A DNA stretch of 21,022 nt from a virus. Its lineage: Duplodnaviria > Heunggongvirae > Uroviricota > Caudoviricetes. This document shows, one piece after another, positions 16,549 through 21,022 of this stretch. Position numbers and translations under genes: made by a program. Where the stretch lies: IMG/VR virus record IMGVR_UViG_2974636330_000001, positions 1-21,022 of that record; one strand, 5' to 3'. The notes beneath the pieces were generated by a model that searched no databases, had not been told where the DNA came from, and saw nothing but the letters and a program-made list of their open reading frames with translations. Position 1 is the first letter of the stretch; each line of letters starts with the position of its first letter.

Positions 16549-17525
16549 TGTACCTCAAAGGCTCTGCAATTGATTGCACGGACCTGTTGGCCCAGCTGCG
16601 CACTTTCTTGGAGGGTGCGGGCTGGACCACGGACTACTACGCCCCACGTAGTCAGTTGCCGGACAGCGGCGTGCAGTATTCGTTCCACAAGGGCGACCTC
16701 AACGTCACGATGCTGTCGAATGTCACGGAGGTGGAGAACCCCATCACCTCTTCTGACAAGCGCGGGCGGGTGTATGTGCAGATACACGACCCGTTCGTTG
16801 CCTCACAGACTCCGGAAGTCCAGCCGAACAGCACCGGCAACCAGATGACCAACGGCCTGACCGACCCCATCAAGAACTTCTGGTTCTTCGAAGGAGAAGA
16901 GGGTGGGTCGCAGTATGCGTACGTGGTGTGCGAAATTACGACGGGCGTGTTCAAGCATTTCCACGTCGGCAAGTTGAAGAAGCGTGGCCAGACCTACGAG
17001 AATGGCAACTTCGTCACGTGCAGCAACTGGTACTACAACTCGACCAACATCACGGATCAGCCTGATGTAGGTTGGCATTCGGTTCCTTTTGACGACGTGA
17101 ACAACAGCAGCAACAACTACAACGGTATGGTCGTTCGCTGTGATCTGGGTGGCGTCAGTCCCCGTTGGTGGCGGTCGAATTATTACTACTCCAACAGCGG
17201 CGTGAATCTGCTGCGGGTGGGCTACCGAGGTGGCAATGACTACGGCACGATCCACGCCCTGAAGGATTGGGGGCTGTCCACTGAGACCGGGCGTACGCCG
17301 CTGTCCCCGCTCCACACGGCAATCAATCGCGGTGAGGGGTACTACAGCTATATCGGAGAACCCCCGGGCGTCCGGTACATCGATATCACGAACTACGAAG
17401 GCGCTCAGGAGCTGGCAGTGGGTTCGGATACGTGGCTGGTGTTCCCGGTACACCGGAAGATTTTCACCTCTCAGTCGCCCTACACGGCGGCGTATGGGCT
17501 GGCATACAAGAAGGTTATCGACTGA
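16548..17525 (+). CDS. Tail-tip virion structural protein, 325 aa
   Basis: TGATG coupling; MYLKGSA...DLLAQLRTFLEGAGW N-terminus and C-terminal DTWLVFP...YGLAYKK, like the paired post-TMP proteins of YuA/chi-like phages. Confidence 0.7.
   Translation: MYLKGSAIDCTDLLAQLRTFLEGAGWTTDYYAPRSQLPDSGVQYSFHKGDLNVTMLSNVTEVENPITSSDKRGRVYVQIHDPFVASQTPEVQPNSTGNQMTNGLTDPIKNFWFFEGEEGGSQYAYVVCEITTGVFKHFHVGKLKKRGQTYENGNFVTCSNWYYNSTNITDQPDVGWHSVPFDDVNNSSNNYNGMVVRCDLGGVSPRWWRSNYYYSNSGVNLLRVGYRGGNDYGTIHALKDWGLSTETGRTPLSPLHTAINRGEGYYSYIGEPPGVRYIDITNYEGAQELAVGSDTWLVFPVHRKIFTSQSPYTAAYGLAYKKVID
16565..16578. repeat. Pseudo-palindrome copy 6, opposite orientation (TGCAATTGATTGCA), encodes SAIDC
   Basis: Exact reverse complement of the consensus. 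Confidence 0.95.
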
Positions 17526-19201
17526 TGGCTCTGTGCCTGATCGACAATGCGACTCTGATCGGGGTGACCAGTTTCCCCCGATTCGTGCAGGACGGAAATT
17601 ATCGCTGGGGTCCAGACATGGACTCGGGCCGGTCTGCGCCGAAGTACGCCATCCCCTACGATCAGGTGGTGAACCGTAAGCGAGGAATCTATGCCGGATC
17701 GTACGCGGACGATTTCTATGATCAGCTGCACATCAGTGTGCAGTCGTTGGATGTGGGGACGGTGGTTTCCACGGTGACGAAGGGCTTCTCGATCTGGAAC
17801 TCGTCTACTGGGCGGAGCCGGAAGCTGGTGGCCGTGACTTCGGATAACGATGCGGGCCTGCAACTGTCCGGTGAGCTGAACTTCCCGGTGATGTTCCATC
17901 CGTTGCAGAGCCGAGACTATGTGATCACCGCGTCCCCGACCGGGCCGTCGAACATCAATGCGATGTTCTATTTCCGGTTCGATGACAACACGGTTCTGGC
18001 CCTGAATGTTGTTGGTCGTCGTGCAGTGGCATGGACTGCCCGGCCCAACTGGGCGGAGTCGGTGACCGTACGCATGGAGTGGCTGACCGACGTACTCCAG
18101 TCGCGGTTCTCGTTCGAACAGCGCCGGAAGTTGCGGTATGGACCGCGAAAGAACTATGAGTTCTCGGTTCTGATGGACAACATTGAGCGCCGTCGAGTGG
18201 AGTCCAACGTGAGTGGTTGGGGTGTGCGTCCGTACGTGGCCCCGATGTGGGAGTTCGGCCAGCCTATCCAAGCGGTGCCCTCTGGTTCGACCTTCATTCC
18301 CTGCCAGACGGAAGGTCGTCCGATGTACCCGGGATCGATGGTGATGCTCCTGCGGGACAGCAAGACGTTCGAGATTCTGGAGATCGCCACGCTCGTAGAC
18401 AACGGGATTGTCTGCACGTCTCAGGTGACGAACAACTGGCCGAATGGGGCCAAGTTGTACCCGGCCACGACCATGATCATGGAAGAGGGTATGCGGGCGG
18501 CTCGGGTAGGTCAGCAGGGTATGTACGCGACCATCCGGATGCGGAGTACGGTTTCGACCGACCTGTACAACGTCCCGACTTGGGCACCGAAGATGTACTT
18601 GGGCCGTCCGGTGATGGAAGTCCCACCTGAAGAATCGGAAGAGCCGACCATGCTGTTCGAGCGCGTGTACGACATGCTGCCGAGCGAGACGGGCATCGAC
18701 TTGATCGAGGACGTGGCAAACCTGACGATCATGACCCAGAGCCATCGGTGGGCACTCGGAACCCAGAAGGAGTTCATGGAGTTCTACAGCCTGATGTACT
18801 ACCTGTCGGGCAAGTTGAAGACGATTTGGCTCCCGTCGTTCCGCTCCGACTTCACGGTGGTGGCGGATATTGTCTCGAACCAGTCGTATATCGACGTGGA
18901 CATGACGGGCTATGTCGAGATGACCAACGAGGCGGAAGGTCGGAAGAACATCCGTATCCAGTTCCGCGATGGGACGGTCCTGTATCGAGCCATCGACAGT
19001 GCGGTGGTGTTGGATGACGAGACCGAACGGCTGTTCTTCTTGGACTCGATCCCGAAAGCGTATACTGTCAATGATGTGCAGATGGTCAGTTTCATGATGC
19101 TGGCCCGGCAGAACTCGGACGCTATCGAAATGACGTGGAGCCACGAAAGCCTGATGGAAGCAGAAACCACGTTCAAGATGGTGCGGGAGGCGTCGGCATG
19201 A
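17525..19201 (+). CDS. Tail assembly / tail-tip protein, 558 aa
   Basis: ATG overlaps the previous TGA. PNWAESV...EWLTDVLQS...EQRRKLRYGPR and YYLSGKLKTIWLPS segments are typical of this tail module. Confidence 0.75.
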   Translation: MALCLIDNATLIGVTSFPRFVQDGNYRWGPDMDSGRSAPKYAIPYDQVVNRKRGIYAGSYADDFYDQLHISVQSLDVGTVVSTVTKGFSIWNSSTGRSRKLVAVTSDNDAGLQLSGELNFPVMFHPLQSRDYVITASPTGPSNINAMFYFRFDDNTVLALNVVGRRAVAWTARPNWAESVTVRMEWLTDVLQSRFSFEQRRKLRYGPRKNYEFSVLMDNIERRRVESNVSGWGVRPYVAPMWEFGQPIQAVPSGSTFIPCQTEGRPMYPGSMVMLLRDSKTFEILEIATLVDNGIVCTSQVTNNWPNGAKLYPATTMIMEEGMRAARVGQQGMYATIRMRSTVSTDLYNVPTWAPKMYLGRPVMEVPPEESEEPTMLFERVYDMLPSETGIDLIEDVANLTIMTQSHRWALGTQKEFMEFYSLMYYLSGKLKTIWLPSFRSDFTVVADIVSNQSYIDVDMTGYVEMTNEAEGRKNIRIQFRDGTVLYRAIDSAVVLDDETERLFFLDSIPKAYTVNDVQMVSFMMLARQNSDAIEMTWSHESLMEAETTFKMVREASA

Positions 19202-20016
19202 GTTTCCACGACCGCGAAGTATCCACCAGCGATGGCGCACCGGTAGAGCTGTACGACTTCTACCGGGGAACCCTGCATTGGCGATACACGAATGCCGACC
19301 GCGATATCGTATATGACGGACTGTTGTTCCGGGCCATTCCGATCAGCCGTGGGGAGATTGAACAGTCCTCGGAAGTGAAGAAGTTGGGCCTGACCGTCAA
19401 GGCCCCGATGACCATCGAAGTGTACGAGCAGTTCCGGGTGGCTCCGCCCGGTTCTGCAATTGGTTGCATCGTCTACACGTATCAGGCTGGCGGGGCAGTG
19501 GGCGACGTGATCCCGGAGTGGACTGGCCGGGTGATCACCTGTGTCCGAAAGGGCATCCAAGTCGAGCTGGTGTGCGAGCCGATGTACATCAGCCTGATGG
19601 CGATGGGCATTCGTCGGCGCTGGCAGAAGTCCTGCCCCCACCTGTTGTACGGTCCCGGGTGCAAGGCCAACAAGACCCAGTACGTGATCCCCGCAGTGGT
19701 GCAAGACGTGCAGGGCCTGTGGGTGACCGTGCCTGCTGCCATTGCCAAACCGGACTACTATTTCGAAGGTGGGTACATCGAATGGACCGACTTCTTTGGC
19801 CTGCCTGATTACCGGGGCATCGAAGAACACGTAGGCGACAAGATTCGTCTGAGTTATGGCTTCGACGGCATCGTCAGCGGAACGGCAGTGAGCATGTACC
19901 CCGGGTGTTCCCACACGATGCAGATGTGCAAGGACCGTTTCAACAACCTGTTGAACTACGGCGGAACTCCGTACATTCCCCAGAAGAACCCCTACAAAGG
20001 CAACCCGGTGTACTGA
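19198..20016 (+). CDS. Conserved tail-tip hub protein (DUF2163 / BR0599-like), 272 aa
   Basis: ATGA overlap; PVELYDF, WRYTNAD, CPHLLYGPGC and Cys-rich C-terminus YPGCSHTMQMCKDRFNNLLNYGGTPYIP. Confidence 0.85.
   Translation: MSFHDREVSTSDGAPVELYDFYRGTLHWRYTNADRDIVYDGLLFRAIPISRGEIEQSSEVKKLGLTVKAPMTIEVYEQFRVAPPGSAIGCIVYTYQAGGAVGDVIPEWTGRVITCVRKGIQVELVCEPMYISLMAMGIRRRWQKSCPHLLYGPGCKANKTQYVIPAVVQDVQGLWVTVPAAIAKPDYYFEGGYIEWTDFFGLPDYRGIEEHVGDKIRLSYGFDGIVSGTAVSMYPGCSHTMQMCKDRFNNLLNYGGTPYIPQKNPYKGNPVY
19455..19468. repeat. Pseudo-palindrome copy 7, opposite orientation, one mismatch (TGCAATTGGTTGCA), encodes SAIGC
   Basis: 13/14 match to the reverse-complement consensus. Confidence 0.8.
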
Positions 20017-20303
20017 TGGAAACTCTCGCTCACTGGCTGTTTGGACCAGAAATCAACGGCGGCCATATCGTGCTGGCGTGGGTGCAGGTGGTGGTCATGA
20101 TTGTGGTGGCCATCATCGCTGCGTTCGCCATGCAGCCGAAGGTGCAGCAGCCGAAGGCCGCCACGATTGATGACTTCGATATGCCGACTGCGCAAGACGG
20201 TAAAGAAGCCCCGGTGATGTTCGGTGACAACTGGACAGAAGACCCGAATGTGCTGTGGTATGGCGACCTTTCGACCCGACCGGTGAAGGCAAAATCCAAA
20301 TGA
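20016..20303 (+). CDS. Small tail assembly protein, 95 aa
   Basis: TGATG coupling; hydrophobic stretch followed by DFDMPTAQDGKEAPVMFG...PNVLWYGDL, conserved in this tail module. Confidence 0.75.
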   Translation: METLAHWLFGPEINGGHIVLAWVQVVVMIVVAIIAAFAMQPKVQQPKAATIDDFDMPTAQDGKEAPVMFGDNWTEDPNVLWYGDLSTRPVKAKSK

Positions 20304-20509
20304 CGAAACTACATGTTCGGCACGGGTTGGCTGTGGGATACTGTGTGTCTGGGCTGCGCGGCTGGTTCAAGATGCGCAATCTGGACTTCCGAGACTTCGC
20401 CAGAAACGGAATCGACTACGAAGAGAAGCTGGAGCATCTGAACGACGCTCTGGTCCTGCCGATGGTGGAAGAGGCAAAGAAGGAACAGGAGCAGCAGAGT
20501 GGGCAGTAA
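20300..20509 (+). CDS. Small tail assembly protein/chaperone, 69 aa
   Basis: ATGA overlap; GYCVSGLRGWF...DFRDFARNGI pattern usually found just before the central tail-tip gene. Confidence 0.7.
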   Translation: MTKLHVRHGLAVGYCVSGLRGWFKMRNLDFRDFARNGIDYEEKLEHLNDALVLPMVEEAKKEQEQQSGQ

Positions 20510-21022
20510 GAAGACCACTATCGGGTACAAGTATTACATGGGCGTCCATTTCGGCCTCTGTCAGGGTCCGGTGGACGCCGTGGTTGGTATCAAGGTGGGC
20601 GACCGGTTGGCATGGGCCGGTAACGCGACGACCTCGCAGACGTTCAACATCAACCAACCGAATCTGTTCGGCGGGGAGAAGAAGGAAGGTGGCGTAGAAG
20701 GCCCCTTCACTCTGATGATGGGCGATGCAGATCAGGGCGCGAACTCCTACCTCGCATCCAAGCAGGGTCCGATGCAGCCCGGCTACCGGGGCCTTTGCAC
20801 TGCGGTGTATCGCGGGCTGGTATCGGCCATGAATCCGTACCCGAAGGCATGGGCTTTCCGGGTGCGTCGAGTCATGTCCGGGTGGTATGGTCTGGTGTGG
20901 GAGCCGACTCTGGCCAAGATCACACTTGACGGTGGCTCGATCCACGCAATGAACCCGGCCCACATCGTCTACGAGACGGTGACGAATCCGAACTGGGGCA
21001 TGGGCTACCCGGCAGAATCCCT
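20499..21022 (+). CDS. Central tail-tip / host-specificity protein, N-terminal part (runs off the window)
   Basis: GTG 20499, open to the window end: MGSKKTTIGYKYYMGVHFGLCQGPVD...NLFGGEKKEGGVEG...YRGL...AMNPYPKAW...MNPAHIVYE. Confidence 0.85.
   Translation, partial: MGSKKTTIGYKYYMGVHFGLCQGPVDAVVGIKVGDRLAWAGNATTSQTFNINQPNLFGGEKKEGGVEGPFTLMMGDADQGANSYLASKQGPMQPGYRGLCTAVYRGLVSAMNPYPKAWAFRVRRVMSGWYGLVWEPTLAKITLDGGSIHAMNPAHIVYETVTNPNWGMGYPAES

Larger units (their letters stand above)
1..21022 (+). mobile_element. Tailed-phage (siphovirus-like) head and tail morphogenesis module; free phage vs prophage cannot be decided
   Basis: Canonical order portal-MuF-protease-scaffold-capsid-neck-tube-chaperone-tape measure-tail tip, with tightly coupled genes (TGATG/ATGA overlaps). 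No sheath gene, no broken ORFs, and no host genes, integrase or att site in the window. Confidence 0.97.

Noticed and set aside
4099-17331. Weak palindrome look-alikes at 4099 (10/14), 7817 (8/14), 11387 (10/14), 14942 (9/14) and 17318 (11/14)
   Set aside because: Too degenerate to separate from chance without a PWM. The 4099 site, overlapping a -10 box, is the one worth rescoring.
2250-19468. Palindrome as a CRISPR repeat, canonical parS, REP element or terminator
   Set aside because: It is only 14 bp, kb-spaced and has no spacers. It differs from TGTTTCACGTGAAACA, has a 2-nt centre with inconsistent flanking stems, and has no following U-tract.
3273-20303. ORF-track starts at 3273, 3868, 8285, 17432, 19135, 19905 and 20255
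   Set aside because: They extend into upstream genes or regulatory sites. RBS position and stop/start overlaps support 3288, 3883, 8546, 17525, 19198, 20016 and 20300.
1-21022. tRNA, rRNA, introns/inteins, diversity-generating retroelement, integrase/att, terminase, lysis or defence genes
   Set aside because: No supporting sequence was seen. Terminase and lysis genes presumably lie outside the window.

Overview
The window is a continuous, apparently intact virion-morphogenesis region of a GC-rich, long-tailed (siphovirus-type) dsDNA phage or prophage, with every credible gene on the + strand. Gene order: portal, MuF/SPP1-gp7-like head protein with a C-terminal ParB/Srx-like domain, XkdF-like prohead protease, small basic ORF, probable scaffold, major capsid, two unknown genes, head-tail adaptor, Mu-G/P2-S-like neck protein, probable tail terminator, two small unknown genes, tail tube, tail chaperone with a -1 frameshift extension, tape measure, a YuA/chi-like tail-tip cluster, and a truncated central tail-tip gene. 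The most unusual signal is an AT-rich 14-bp pseudo-palindrome, TGCAAT-CA-ATTGCA. It occurs 6 times exactly and once with one mismatch, both between genes (over a promoter start site, and right after a terminator) and inside five ORFs. I do not recognise it as a described site. Other notable signals are a strongly repeated [VI]-x-K-[SAGT] peptide motif in head proteins (candidate maturation-protease sites), a shared TTGTTNGG intergenic promoter element, and an internal RBS/start in the scaffold gene. Product calls come from motif recognition and gene order only; no database search was run.
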